Of a DNA stretch of 64,000 nucleotides, positions 12,375 through 24,775 are shown piece by piece; the stretch's first letter is position 1, and every line of letters starts with the position of its first letter. The notes under the pieces are model-generated. The model was not told the DNA's origin. It was given only the letters and a program-made list of their open reading frames with translations, and searched no databases. The stretch is taken from contig NC_043003.1 in NCBI RefSeq assembly GCF_006345805.1, forward strand, positions 35,526,001 to 35,590,000. The letters run 5' to 3'. The position numbers and the translations under genes were made by a program. The stretch comes from Octopus sinensis. Taxonomy: Eukaryota.

Positions 12375-12709
12375 GTGTGTGTGTGTGTGTGGTGTGTGTG
12401 TGTGTGTGTCCATGTATCTATGTATATATATTAATATACAAAATTCAAATTTTCGATCAAATGTCCAACGAGTTAACTTGGGATCCCTTGACGACGGCCT
12501 GATACGTAGCTAGTGGAGTACCTCTCATCACGTAATTGTTTCTTCCTAGGTCCTGCTGGCTAGGAAACATGTGTAGCCTGGATTTTACCTGCTCCATTCC
12601 CTGAACTCGGATTGTTATACGCATACATAGCAGCACAGGTTGCTACACGTGAACTATAAAATAATTTTTTTTAGCGTATTGAACTTCGATATTTTCTTCT
12701 ATTTCCCTC

Positions 12710-12905
12710 TACTTCTTTCAGTCACTTGACCGCGGCCATGCTGGAGCAGCGCCTCTAATCGAACAAATCGACGCCAGGACTTATTCTTTTGTAAGCCAAG
12801 TTATTCTATCGGGCTATAGCCAAACTGCTAAGTTACCGGGATGTAACCTCACCAACATCGGTTGTCAAGTGATAGTGGGGGACAAAGAGACTGACACGAA
12901 TACAT
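12710..12905 (-). mobile_element. 3' half of CORE-type SINE
   Basis: ttctttcagtcacttgaccgcggccatgctggagc...gctaagttac...ggttgtcaag; homologous to 52255-52420 and to the reverse complement of 57620-57800. Confidence 0.75.
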
Positions 12906-12988
12906 GCACACACACAAGCACACACACACTCACACACATATATATATATATATTTATATACGTATACTCACACACAAATATATATATA

Positions 12989-14452
12989 TCTCTATATATA
13001 AAACTGAGAATGTGTGTCTGTCTGTCTGTCTGTGTGTTTCCCTAAAACTTGAGAACTACACAACCAATTTCATTCGAATTTTACACAAGCCTTACTTAGG
13101 GTCCGGGGAGTGTCTTCGGAAAAGATTTCTAACTTTTTGCGTAGGGCGAGCCCACGGCAGTATCCTATCTTCTCCACTATGATTCCCCAAAACTTAAGGA
13201 CTACAAAACCAATTTCATTTAAATTTTACACATGCCTTACTTAGGGTCCGTGTAGTTTCGTGGGCAAAAAATATGTTCAACTTCTTGCCTAGCAATATCA
13301 TATCTTGTCCACTATTTCAGTATTACGTGTTAAAAGTGAAACAAAAACATACTTTCACTTTAACAATAAAAATTAGAGATAATAATAACAATTGAATTAT
13401 ATGTAGTTAGTAATAATTAAAATCAAACTAAAGTATAATATAATCGTAACATAACAAAAGTAAAAATAGCAATTGGTATAAAATTGCATCAATGACTTGA
13501 AATTGAATAAGTGGTTTCACATGAATGGGAATAAATTGGAAATAAAATTAGCGTGCAGAAATGGAATAGTCCAGATGGAGGTTATTATTATTACTGTTTA
13601 ACTATTGTTATCACGTTTGTTGGTTCCTCGTAAGGGAAACGTTGTTGTGTTGCATTTGTTAAATAATTGTAAACTGTAACCCTCCCTCTTTGGGAGAAGG
13701 AGCTTTGGTTATTGTTTAAAAATTGAATTGTGTCCCGGTTTGGGGAAAATGACAATATTTTCACCGTTTACATGGAAGCATTTTTCTAAGAATGCCTTCG
13801 ATAGAAGAAAGTCCAAAAATGAATTTCGCTGCGGCCGTCGGTGGGCGCGAACTCATTAAAATTAAAATGGAAGAAATACAAACCTATTTCGGATTGATCA
13901 CCGACAAAGACGGTGAATCTAGGATAACACCACCAAACGAAATAAGAAATTAAAGTAAAGAAAAGTCTATTGTCTATAAAGTATACAATGTAGAGAAGAA
14001 AAAAATTTGAACACCTGGAGGAAAGCACCATCGAAAAGTGTCTTGGTGCGGCTATGAATGATATCTAACCAGTGGCCACAATAGAAGCAAGGTTCGAGTC
14101 AATGGAGTACTCGACTCGAACCTTGTAAAGTGGAAATATTTTATTTTTACCTTTATATCTGAAACGTAGGACGTCCCGGATAAAAATTAAAAATGTCCCC
14201 CCAGATGTAGAGGTAGGCTGGATTGTAGCCACCCTTCTATACAAGAGGGAGGACAAGATACAATTGATCGAAATTGCAAGGGACGGGACAACAATTCCAG
14301 TCTGTTATATATTTTGAGTATTGTTATCACTAGCGATATCAAGATATAAATATGTATTTTGTATTTTATGTGTAGATGTATTTATATAGATGTACATGTA
14401 ATATATACATGCACTAGCAATATGACCCGGCAATGACGGGTCATAATGCTAG
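12989..14452 (+). mobile_element. Non-autonomous Helitron-like element
   Basis: 5' TC(TC)TATATATAAAAC, (CTGT)n, two internal ~65-bp repeats (13040, 13185), 3' hairpin tatgacccg/cgggtcata then CTAG; sits between A and T. Confidence 0.65.
13792..14296 (+). pseudogene. Disrupted L1/Tx1-type ORF1-like fragment inside the Helitron
   Basis: MPSIEESPKMNFAAAV... then, across stops and a frameshift, RIKIKNVPPDVEVGWIVATL; recognised by eye only. Confidence 0.45.
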
Positions 14453-14534
14453 TATCTCTCTATATATATGGATTTCGTAGACAGGAACTGAAACAAATCA
14501 ATCGTATGTATGTATGTATATATGTAAGTGTAAG

Positions 14535-17206
14535 TGTTTCGATATTTGCAACATGAATGGTAATGGTCAGAGACTACTTGAATTTTGCACATACCATAAC
14601 CCGTGCATCAAACACACTCATTGCTTACAAGAAATCCCACAAGACATCCAAGATTTCACCACTGGCATCAGCTGGATTTCATCATTACACGAAGATCCTT
14701 TTTGAATTCTGTTCAACTGACCCGTAGATACCACAGTGCGGATTGTGACATACATCATTCACTAATAAGAAGCAGAGTGAGGATTCTGCCTAAGAAAATC
14801 CATCACTCTAAGAAAATGGGCCGACCACGCATTAACACTGCAAGAAAATCGGACCCTACACTACGAAAATGCTTTGCTGTTTCTATCAAGGTTTCCCTCA
14901 GTAGCTGCCAAACCACCTCTGCTGAATGTAGGTGGAATTATATCAGGGAAGCTTTGTATGCCACATCAATAAATACTTTCGGCATGAGAGAAAGGCAAAA
15001 ACCAGATTGGTTCAGTGCTGGGCTCTCAGCGCTGGAAACAGTTATCGAAGCAAAGCGTGCAGGTCTGATGCAATACAAGAGTGATTCTTCTACAAAATCA
15101 CTCGAAGAACTCAGAAAGGCAAGAAATAAAACCCAACTAACTGCCAGACGCTGTGCAAATATGTATTGGCAGAAAATCTGTCAGAGTATCCAGTCAGCTG
15201 CTCATAGTGAACACACTCATGGGATGTATGCCGGTTTAAGAAGGACCTTGGTCCATCCGCAACCAAGTTAGCCCCTCTGAAATCAACTACTGGAGATCTC
15301 ATTAAGGGCCAAAGCAAGCAAATGGATAGATGGGTGGAGTATTACCAGGATCTCTACTCACGGGAGACCACAGTAGCTTAGGCTGCACTTGAGAGTGTCA
15401 AGATCTTGCCAGTCATGTGCGAACTTGACAGTCTGCCATCTATAGCAGAGCTCACCAAGACTATTGACTCCCTATCATCGAAACCGGCAAAAACACTATC
15501 CTGCTTCGGCACCTTCATGAGCTTCTGTGTCAGTGCTGGGGAGCGGGTACTGTCCCACAGGATATGCGGGATGCTAACATCATTACGCTTTACAAAAACA
15601 AAGTTGAACGTGTTGATAGTAACAATTACCGTGGAATATCTCTTCTAAGCACTGCTGGAAAGGCCTTTGCTCGCATTATCCTGTCCAGGCTACAACTGCT
15701 TGCTTCTCAAATATATCCAGAATCGCAGTGTGGCTTTAGAAGAAGCAGATCAAGTATTGACACGATGTTCTCCATACGTCAATTTCAGGAGAAGTCCAGA
15801 GAGCAGAAAATGCCATTATGTATGGTCTTCATTGAACTGACAAAGGCCTTTGATTTAGTAAGTAGAAAAGGCCTTTTCATCCTACTCCAAAATATCGGAT
15901 GTCCACGAAAGCTGCTGAGGATCATCAAATCTTTCCATGATGATATGCAAGGCACCATACAGCACAATGGTTCAACATCAGCCACCTTCCAAATAAAAAG
16001 AAACTGGGTAAAGCAAGTTTGTGGCCTTGCTTCTACATTATTTGGTATCTTATTCTCGCTGCTGCTGTCACATGCCTCTCAGACATCAGTTGGTGAAGTG
16101 TTTCTGCTCAGTAGAAATGACGGGAAACTGTTCAATCTCTCGCGTCTGCGTGCCAAGACCAAAATCAGGAGCGTACTGATCAAGGAGGTGCTATTTGCTA
16201 ATGATGCCGCTCTGGTATCACACACAGAAGAAGCCCTACAAAGGCTCATCAACTGTTTTGAGCAAGCATGTAGCAACTTTGGCTTAGTTATCAGCCTCAA
16301 GAAGACCAACATCATGGGTCAGGCTACATCGGACATCCCAAACATACATATTGGAGACCACAGACTACAGGAAGTGGAGAAGTTTACTTATCGTACCTCT
16401 ACCGTCACCTATAACATATCCATCGATGCTCAGCTCAATATACGCTTTGGCAAGGCAGCTGCTGTGATGGCCCAACTCTCCAAACCAGCATGGGATAACC
16501 ATAAGCCGACCAAGACCACAAAAATGAGGATTTACCAGGCATGTGTACTTAGCACTCTGCTGTATGGAAGTGAGATTTGGACGACATACACACGCCAAGA
16601 GCGTCGCCTAAATATCTTTCACCTGCGCTGCCTCCGGAAAATCCTTCGCATTAAATGGCAGAATCATGTCCCCAACAAAAATGTCCTCAAGCAAGCAGGA
16701 ATAACAAGTATGTTTGCACTCCTCACACGAAGACGTATGAGATGGCTTGGGTATGTTAGCCGTATGGAATATCGCAGATCCCCAAGGACATACTCTACGG
16801 AGAGCTTGCTATGAGCACGAGGTCTGTGAGGAGACCGTTCTTACGATACAAGGATGTTTGCAAAAGGGACATGAATGCCAGCAACATCAATATTACCACC
16901 TGGGAAGCAGTTTCCAGCAACAGTGGAGATTGGTGACGTACCGTAAAAGAGAGAACACAAAGAGTGTCATAGAGAGAGAGGAGAAATGGAAAGACAAGAA
17001 AAAACGTCAACAAGAAACTATGACGTTACAACCAGCCAGACAAAGTCTTCGCTACATTTGCGGTACCTGCCAGAAGGAGTGTTTGTCCATGATAGGACTA
17101 CACAGCCACAGCAGGTAATGTATTAGGACATGAAATGTAAAATCCGGACTAGATTATGTTATACGCAACTCCATTGACTCCCGAGACAAAAAGGATGTCA
17201 ACAACA
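14535..17206 (+). mobile_element. 5'-truncated RTE-clade LINE with a long flanking direct repeat
   Basis: APE tail (GNGQRLLEFC, HWHQLDFII, SADCD), RT (NYRGISLLS, PESQCGFR, TKAFD, LFANDAAL), C-terminal C..C...C.S.IGL.SH finger, 3' end actcccgagac...ggatgtc(aac)n. Confidence 0.93.
14603..17118 (+). pseudogene. Frameshifted RTE endonuclease/RT ORF
   Basis: ORFs 14603-15271, 15564-16814 and 16747-17118 are successive pieces of one polyprotein. Confidence 0.88.
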
Positions 17207-17481
17207 ATATATATGGATTTCGTAGACAGGAACTGAAAGAAATCAATCGTATATATATGTATATATTTAAGTCTGTGTGTGTGTTTTTGTGTTTCTCCCT
17301 CATCACTGCTTCACAACTGCTGTTCATTTATTTACATACACATAACTTACTGGTTTCACAAGACCAAACTAATAGTATAAGTACTAGGCTTATTAACATA
17401 AAAAAGCACTAGGCTGTGTCTCATAATTTTGTTTGCCCACTCAGTTGTATCTTTCCATTTATCTTTGTATGTGTGTGTGTA

Positions 17482-17483
<2 letters not shown>

Positions 17484-17563
<80 letters not shown>
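17484..17563. repeat. (TATC)n tetranucleotide microsatellite
   Basis: Direct reading. Confidence 0.95.
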
Positions 17564-17564
<1 letters not shown>

Positions 17565-17669
17565 ATATATATATATATCATAATAATAATATTAGAGAGT
17601 AAATCCAAACTTACAGGGAAAAATTAGATTTAGGATTAAATCTTATTTTATAGTATAAATATATATATT

Positions 17670-17820
17670 AACAATTGCAGCGTGGAAGGTGTTTATAAGC
17701 CATTTAAGAAACACACAAAAGCCGTTCGATTCACTTCAACATTTAAGTTTAATTTGTCAAAATATTTTCGTCGCTAAAATCCGCGACCTGTTCACTGACA
17801 AAAAACCGTGCAGCACGGAT
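17670..17820 (-). mobile_element. Interspersed non-coding element (copy 1) with hammerhead-like motif
   Basis: Nearly identical to 32810-32950 (acaattgcagcgtggaaggtg...cactgacaaa). Confidence 0.85.
17753..17802 (-). ncRNA. Hammerhead-like motif, G3:C8 core variant
   Basis: Minus strand: uuuguca GUGAACA g gucgc-ggauuuua-gcgac GAAA auau UU ugacaaa. Stem I 7 bp, stem II 5 bp, palindromic AAUAUU. Confidence 0.6.
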
Positions 17821-17879
17821 TCAAAGTTCAAAGTTAAAATTAAAAATAAAATTTACTTATTAATTTATACTAATAAATT

Positions 17880-17934
<55 letters not shown>

Positions 17935-18000
17935 TATATATATAAATTTATTAGTATAAATTATTAATTAAAATTTTTTTTAAATTTTAACTTTGAATTT
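17820..18000. repeat. AT-rich foldback around a (TA)n spacer
   Basis: caaagttaaaatt...ttatactaataaatttata matches the reverse complement of tataaatttattagtataa...ttttaactttg. Confidence 0.8.
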
Positions 18001-18030
18001 AATTAATTTAAATTTTAAATTTAAGAAATA

Positions 18031-18533
18031 ACTAATATTTGGGAGTTAGGCGCCCATTAGGGTATTATATAAATGTATATATATATATTTATGTATATTA
18101 AATTAGAGATAAAACCACTATTAGGCAAATCAAACAGTGAACACAGAAATAAAATTAATTAATATAATATACAAAATAAATAAAATGTAAAATTCAAAAT
18201 TTAAATTATTTAAATTTAAAGTTAAAATGTAAAAAAGTTTTAAATAAAAAAAATTTAATAATAAAGTGTATATATATATATATTATATATATATATACTT
18301 TATTATTTTTATTTTTATTATTATTTTATTTCATATTTTATATTTTTTATTTTTTTATTATATATTTATTTTTTTCATTTAAATTTTTTTTAAATTTTAA
18401 CTTTAAATTTAAATAATTTAAATTTTGAATTTTACGTTTTATATATTTTGTATATTATATTAATTAATTTTATTTCTATGTTTCGGTTATGTTTTTCACT
18501 GTTTGATTTGCCTAATTGTTTTTATCTCTAATT

Positions 18534-18603
<70 letters not shown>

Positions 18604-18638
18604 CACCCTAGTGGGAGCGTTAACTCCCAAATTTTAGT
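18031..18638. repeat. About 600-bp imperfect palindrome (foldback)
   Basis: actaatatttgggagttaggcgcccattagggt vs reverse complement of accctagtgggagcgttaactcccaaattttagt; attaggcaaatcaaacagtgaa vs ttcactgtttgatttgcctaat. Confidence 0.85.
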
Positions 18639-19779
18639 CCTTTCTGTTATTATCCAAATCTAGGTCAAAGTTCTGAATGGATCTTTATGAAATTTGGAAA
18701 TTATATTCTATGCATAAGGGCCAGAACCTCCATGACAATTCATATATTTTTGCTGTTGAGGAAATTTTAATCATTGCTATTAAACACAAATGAAGTAATA
18801 TTTATAAAATTTCATCTTCTTACAAGTTAGAAAGACCCCTCCATGAGGACTTAACACCCACAATTTTGTCATTTTATCAAAGCAAAAACGAATACAGTTG
18901 TGCTCTTCGAAGCTGTTGGTTTACTCGACCATAAAATTTGAGCATTATTTCTAATTCAATGGTACAACAGTGTAACAGTTTGCTTTGACATACATTGTGA
19001 TATCTGCAATGTGGTGCATAAATTGTCAAGTAAATGAGAGGCATCTTTGCCTCCACTGATTCAGTTGCAATGTGTTGAATAAAGTTATTTGATTGCAGAT
19101 CTCCTTTCAGTCTTTTTATTATCACTGGGTCACACATAGTTCCCAGATGGTAACATTGATTTCAAGGCCTTTCCAGATGAGTGACTGGTTATTCAGAGAC
19201 ATTTATAGATTGTATATTTATTCTGTCCAGTTACGTATCAGTATAGTGGTCATTTGCAAACTCCAGAAGTGACAATTTAATTTCTCCTTAGCCCTCACGT
19301 CACACAGTTGTTAATGTTTATTTCAGTTGGGTCACGCCCTTCCAATTGCTATAGATTCGTAATGCATCTTACGGCTGTGCCTGTCACCTGGATGGTGAGG
19401 AATCCTACATTGGGAGTGGTAACGACTAGGGTAGGGTAACTGACTGCTTATTGTGATCATTCGTCTTCTGGTTTCCTGTAGCTTTGCTCTCTTTTACAAA
19501 CCCAGTGAACATATATTTCCTATATCCAAGAAATTGAAACAATAGATATAAGACCCAAGTTAAAAAGATTCTCAACAATTCAACTTCTCTGGTTGACATT
19601 AAGACGCCCACGCCCAACAGGGGCCTTAACTCTCACATTTTAGAGCTCCATGACCTCCATTTTTCAGGAGAAAAATATTTTTAACAGGTTCAATAAGACT
19701 GGAATTTTGGAATATGCGCATAAAACTCAGTAGTATAGGATATATGAGGCACGATTAACATTTTTGGGTGTGTGTAAAT

Positions 19780-19911
19780 AGGGAAATAACCCTCATCTGC
19801 AATTTTGATGAAATTCGAAACATATATTCCAGTTCATTAGAGAAAATATAACAGAAAAGGTTAATTCTTCAATTGTATGTAACACGGGCAACGCCGGTTA
19901 TCTCTGCTAGT
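19780..19911 (+). mobile_element. Helitron-like 3' terminus
   Basis: aacacgggcaacgccggtt hairpin followed by CTAG|T at 19907-19911; upstream ttttgatgaaattcg motif. Confidence 0.55.
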
Positions 19912-20214
19912 TATCTAATAAACATAAAACAAATTTTTATGTGCAGCTATTGGTTTTATGTGCTGAAGACATGCAAATCAATATTTTAAACCACATTTGA
20001 TATCTCGGCACAGTCATCAGGCACATCCCATATGGCTCAACGAAGTAAAAATAGAAAGAAGAAAAGAGGGAAAGGTGAGAAAGGAGCATATAGAAAAATT
20101 GGAAGGTTGAAAAACCGGAAAACCTGGAGGTAATCAGAAAGAAGCAAAAGGGGGAAAAGAATTTATTTCTTTACACCTTAAATTAAAGGTTGTATAAGTA
20201 GTGGCTAAGAGATT

Positions 20215-20805
20215 ATGGTGCAGTTGTTAATCAGACGGAGGTAGAACTTCCCAATTCTCTGAAAATTTCTTATCTAAGTTCAGCAGTAAATGAGACATTT
20301 TAAGTTTGAAATGAATCTAAGTACTTTCAGCGAGGCATAGCTTACATTTTTTTATCCGTTAACATATGGTGCAGATTTTTGGATTATTTCCCACTTTATC
20401 GTATGTGGTGTTGCGTTAAATTTCAAACTCCATACGTGGCTAACTAACTTAGTATCTTTGCTTTTCTTGCTACGTCTGAACGAAGTTATGTAATTAGTAT
20501 AGCGATTCTTAAATTCTCCTTCACATAGGCCAATATAACTATTCTTATCGGTTGTGATATCATCTAGCGTTACAGTGACTTCTGCCTCATATATGACGGA
20601 TTTAATCGTACATTGCTGGTCAAATGGATAGGTTCCTGGGCCTTGACATTTACAACTGGATTTAGGTCTTGGTACTGACCTCGTATAATGATGTTTTTCC
20701 CATTGGAGCAGCAGCTATATGATAATTTCATTGAGCGCCTGTTAAATATTTTTCTCTACTCGTAATCTTCTGGAAAATGTTTGTCTAAGAGAGACAGGAA
20801 TCATG
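20215..20805 (-). pseudogene. Naiad-type Penelope-like element, RT thumb plus GIY-YIG endonuclease remnant
   Basis: Minus strand: FLSLLDKHFP..*RKIFNRRSMKLSYSCCSN (frameshift) CKC..QC..SVIYEA..SYIGLCEGEFKNRY..TKLVSHVWSLK..IKWEII..(frameshift)CKLCLAE..LLN. Confidence 0.85.
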
Positions 20806-21204
20806 TAGTTTTTACGTTAATGGAAATCATGTTAGTTTTTACGTTAATGAAAAAAGGATGGGTGAACTACTACAACTACAATTAGTTGGCTTGAACCAAT
20901 TGACCAAATATTTGAAAGCGTTGGTAACTGGCACCAAAGCAATCAGCTGGAAGTGGTCGGTCAGCCGGATGAATGAAAATGACGGTATTTTAGTTGATAC
21001 ATGAATACGTGAAGTTGTAGACTAATGATAGATCTACACTCTACATGATATAGCATATAATGAGGATGTAGTTGGTCTAAGACATTACAAAAATATAATA
21101 TTCCAGGTTGTATCTTAGAGTGCAACTGTATATGTATGTGTATGAAAGACAGTGAGTCAGAGGTAGCTAAAGAAGGCGTTATTGAGGTCGAAACAACTGA
21201 CAAA

Positions 21205-21620
21205 TACGAGCGGTTATCCAAAAGTAAGCAGAGACGTTCTGTGTGAGACAGGCTCATTGTAGTTCGGGATTCTGCCGCTACAAGTTTCTTAATATGACCC
21301 TCAGACATGAGTCTATCGACTGGGGTAATTTAGCAGGGTTGTGCTGGCTTGTGATGCGTTTTTCCTTTGCAATGCTTCTCTCCTGTTCGTCGATTTTTGC
21401 GATAGCTGAAACAGTGCTTCTGTGAAATTCTGTTTTCTACTAGGGAAAATGGTAGCCGAAACAATTGTGCTATGCCTCAAACAACCTACAAAGTCGCTGC
21501 CATATGCAAAACATAAGTTTACATGTGATTTTCACGCTTTGGGAGTGGTCACTTGTCACGGATGCTTGTATGAGCGAGTGTACATGCGCAGTGCAACTTT
21601 ATATCCTGATCTGTTAACGG
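21205..21620 (+). mobile_element. Decayed mariner-type transposon, left end and transposase N-terminus
   Basis: TIR-like tacgagcggttatccaaaagtaag; VKFCFLLGK..AETI, then frameshifted QTTYKVAAICKT*VYM*FSRF. Confidence 0.65.
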
Positions 21621-23059
21621 TTCTTTTTAATACTTTTCTCGCGGTATTGCACGTTCGTTTCTTTTCTGCGCCTGTTATTTCTTTTATTGATATTCTATAC
21701 AAATGAAGACATGTCCTTTAATTCACTAATTTTCTTTACACAAAATGAGAAGATACAGTGCAGAACTGTTATTTTAACGAGTTATATCTATTTATCACCC
21801 GAACAGACACATCTGCACCCTCGGATGCCCCTGAACCAGTTGTTAAGTAGTATCCACAAGTTCAGTAATGCTGCAGATTCTTCAACATATCCCTGCGCAT
21901 GGCAATTACTTTTTCAAAATTTCAGCTTTGATGATTGAGATCTTTAAACTGAAAGAATGATATCCAGCTTGTTTATTCTTCTAGGAGAGGTAAAACAAAG
22001 ACGCTTCAGGGTTCAAACCCATTTGATATTGGTCGGAAATTTTGACACAAAGCCTGCAAGTTTGTGGTAGGGTAGGTCGATTACATCGACTCTAGTGTTC
22101 AACTGGTACTTATTTTAACAATTTCATCCTCAGAGGAAATGCAACCACGCATTTCGCACTGAATGCTAACGATTCTGTTACTTCACCGCATTATAGTTGC
22201 TGTGTATTTATATTAAATATTTTAGTAATAGCATTACCGGTATTAAGGAAATCAAGGAACTATTTACAGAGACCATGACTGGGAGAACCGTTCGAATTTC
22301 TTCATATGAGAGGACTTAACGTGCGTCCTGCAAAATTCGACCTCTACTCTCACTACAGATATAAACTCCCCTCGCTTGTGGATGCGCGATTTAAGTTGAT
22401 TACTTAAAATCGTTCCATATTTATATACAAACATTAAATCTCAAACTTCTTTTCTTAGACTATCATTGCTTTAGATCTTAACGTGTAAAATCGTTGTTTG
22501 AGAGTATCTTAACTTGAGTGATAACGTGCTCGTGGACATTTCTGTCTTTTTGTGATATGTTTCAACTTCACATCTCTTAGTATCAATGTTAAAAATAATA
22601 TGTCTCTTTATTTATGCCATGATATAATGACCGATGTATAACAATACAGATGCATACGTTTAATTGTATGTATATCTCCATCTATGCACACGCAAACACA
22701 CACACAGACATATATATGTATAGATAAAAAAGAGAAGGGGATACATTGATGCATGCATACACACATATATGCATACATACATATGCATGCATGCACGTAA
22801 CATATATATAACTGGGATATGTTTTCGCAATATTGCTTCGATTTACTGAAAAAATAAAACAGATTGCATAGTATAATAGTCATACATATAACTATTTTAC
22901 AGTTTGTTTGGAACATTTAAACTTGTAATTTTATGGACATTTCTATAAATTCGTAGCCTTCTAAATTTAGATTTGTGAACGTGGGTATTAAAGCCATTCT
23001 CTAGCTATCAAATGCAATAATATACTTTTCTTCAGCATGTTGAACCATTAAAACCTACA

Positions 23060-23260
23060 CATAATTTTTTTATGTCTCCGTTTTGTCTTGTTCTCCCTCC
23101 ACTTTTTTTTTAGCACTTAACTCTTTCTCTCGAAGATCGTAGGCTCGAAATGTCAAAGACTTTTCTATTTTTCCCGAACGTTAAACTAATACACCTTCTT
23201 GTTGTTCCTACACCTATCTTCGTCTATAATGCTTTCTGTAAATTTGAAATTTATATATAT
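23060..23260 (+). mobile_element. PLE 3' terminal repeat remnant with decayed hammerhead motif (23122-23160)
   Basis: tctttctctcgaagatcgtaggctcgaaatgtcaaagac, homologous to 46670 and 56817. Confidence 0.7.
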
Positions 23261-23883
23261 TCTCGGAGATTTTAAGGTGGCAATAGCGTCTATTTCTTAC
23301 AGTGCGTGGGGAGGCGTAAAGCCAATCCCTTGTTATAATTATGTATATAATTATAAAATATTTTGTAAATTTTACCTATGAAATTTTTATTTCCGCACTG
23401 AGGACCTGGTAAAAGTATTATTGATTTTACCCTTTTATTATAATTAATATTTGAATAAATTTACTGCATAATCGAAACTGTATTTACTGCGATCTAGGTC
23501 TTAACACACTACACGTGGGTATAAAAGAAGGATGTGAATTCTACTTGGCAGTATATTTTTACGAGTGTGCATGGATATTGATCATGCGATGTCGCCGATC
23601 ACATGCATATTTTGAGATACTCGTAAATTTATTCTATGGAATACTGTCGCTGATGAAAGCAGTAGGTAAAATATTTTTTACTTTAAGTTTGAAACACGAT
23701 CTTGTACGCAGTAAACGGAACCTTGTTGATTCGTTATTTTTCTTTTGCTCACCTACAATATAGTGCGTTATTCTCGAAGATTTTAAGGTGTTGATAGAGG
23801 TTTTAGCGTCTGTATCTTGCAGTGCGTGGTGAGGTTTAAATCTGTTCCCTAGTTATGCTTATGTACATATTTCTAAAATATTT

Positions 23884-23941
<58 letters not shown>

Positions 23942-23962
23942 CATATACATATATACATATAC

Positions 23963-24013
<51 letters not shown>

Positions 24014-24040
24014 ATATATATATACATATATATATGTATG

Positions 24041-24072
<32 letters not shown>

Positions 24073-24276
24073 TTAATTGATAGATAGATGCAGGCATACA
24101 TACATAGAAACATACTTATATATGTACATACACGTATTGTATATAAAATTTATGTAGCCAGCTGGCCGCAATATAAACCGTATATGCAAAATATAGTCGT
24201 CACTAATTGTGAGTGTACGTACTGCAAGCATATATATTGTACGTACATACGTACATATATAAATATATATATATAT

Positions 24277-24720
24277 ATTTAAAAGATAGGCTACGGAAAG
24301 AAATGGAATTGTATATTGTGTCTGTACTATATAATATATATGTATCTACTAATGTTGAAGTAACACTGTGTTTCATGGTACATTCTTTTCTAAAAGAATA
24401 TATGATCCATTAGCTCTATGTATATGAGTCGGAAATGAACACCATATATGTATATATATATGGATATATATATATATATGTATACATATATAATATATAT
24501 ATATATATATTTAAAAGATAGGCTACGGAAAGAAATGGAATTGTATATTGTGTCTGTACTATATAATATATATGTATCTACTAATGTTGAAGTAACACTG
24601 TGTTTCATGGTACATTCTTTTCTAAAAGAATATATGATCCATTAGCTCTATGTATATGAGTCGGAAATGAACACCATATATGTATATATATGGATATATA
24701 TATATATATATGTATACATA
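24277..24720. repeat. Tandem duplication, period 232 bp
   Basis: tttaaaagataggctacgg...gaacacc at 24278 and 24510, joined by (TA)n. Confidence 0.95.
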
Positions 24721-24727
24721 TATATAT

Positions 24728-24775
<48 letters not shown>

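Noticed and set aside
18877-19137. Minus-strand ORF faintly resembling Helitron Rep (NQQLRRAQLY)
   Set aside because: Similarity is weak and on the strand opposite the nearby Helitron-like terminus.
22500-22556. LRR-like peptide EYLNLSDNVL
   Set aside because: Single motif bounded by stops, with no supporting exon structure.
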